The position numbers were made by a program, and so were the translations under genes. A stretch of 59,906 bases of DNA, taken from NCBI GenBank assembly GCA_048939015.1, contig JBHLPW010000011.1, forward strand, positions 26,930-86,835. The letters are read 5' to 3'. The notes beneath the pieces are model-generated. The model did not search any database and was not told the origin of the DNA. It saw nothing but the letters and a program-made list of their open reading frames with translations. Of this stretch, positions 59,866-59,906 are shown in pieces. How positions within the stretch are numbered: the stretch's first letter is position 1; the number at the start of each line of letters is the position of its first letter. Source of the DNA: Promethearchaeota archaeon (GTDB taxonomy: Archaea > Asgardarchaeota > Lokiarchaeia > Sigyniarchaeales > SOKP01).

Positions 59866-59906
59866 TTTTCAACCGATTTGGGAACGATTTTTTAAACAAT
59901 TATAAA

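Larger units (their letters stand above)
55791..59906. mobile_element. Putative integrated virus/mobile element (left part; runs off the window)
   Basis: Switch from metabolic genes to short tightly packed ORFs: wHTH, DUF6011, TET-associated-type glycosyltransferase fragment, nucleases; no integrase, capsid or att site visible; left boundary approximate. Confidence 0.6.

Noticed and set aside
1-59906. Selenoprotein UGA read-through or SECIS elements (known in Lokiarchaeia)
   Set aside because: No gene showed an in-frame TGA at a conserved Cys position; the TGAs upstream of the ATT/ATA starts belong to the SD motif; the 27.7 kb hairpin lacks convincing SECIS geometry

Overview
AT-rich, intron-less archaeal chromosomal segment, most likely an Asgard archaeon of the Lokiarchaeia/Promethearchaeota type (inference: archaeal TFB, split PurS/Q/L, archaeal GlmU/GlmM, GGTGA-like Shine-Dalgarno motifs, a Rag/Arf-like small GTPase, very low GC). 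Left to right: (i) VIT1/CCC1 transporter; 2-hydroxyacyl-CoA dehydratase-type activase plus two subunits; a carboxylate-amine ligase / gamma-glutamylcyclotransferase / class I glutamine amidotransferase trio; (ii) a ~20 kb stress/ion-homeostasis cluster (stomatin, CorA, divergent TFB, Lrp, ArsR, degenerate small GTPase, DUF47, K+-independent H+-pyrophosphatase, glucan phosphorylase, P3A H+-ATPase, two USPs, M28 peptidase, site-2 protease); (iii) an orphan dehydratase-subunit paralogue, GH13 amylase and the UDP-GlcNAc cluster; (iv) an alkyl-DHAP-synthase-like flavoprotein / Fe-S protein / FGGY kinase operon; (v) purC-purS-purQ-purL; (vi) an RGG-tailed membrane protein with zinc ribbons; (vii) from ~55.8 kb, a virus/mobile-element-like region with repeat arrays, a DUF6011 protein, a truncated TET-associated-type glycosyltransferase and two PD-(D/E)xK-like nucleases. 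At least two genes appear to start at non-canonical ATT/ATA codons. No tRNA, rRNA or CRISPR array was recognised. All family calls come from motif recognition by eye, not from database searches.
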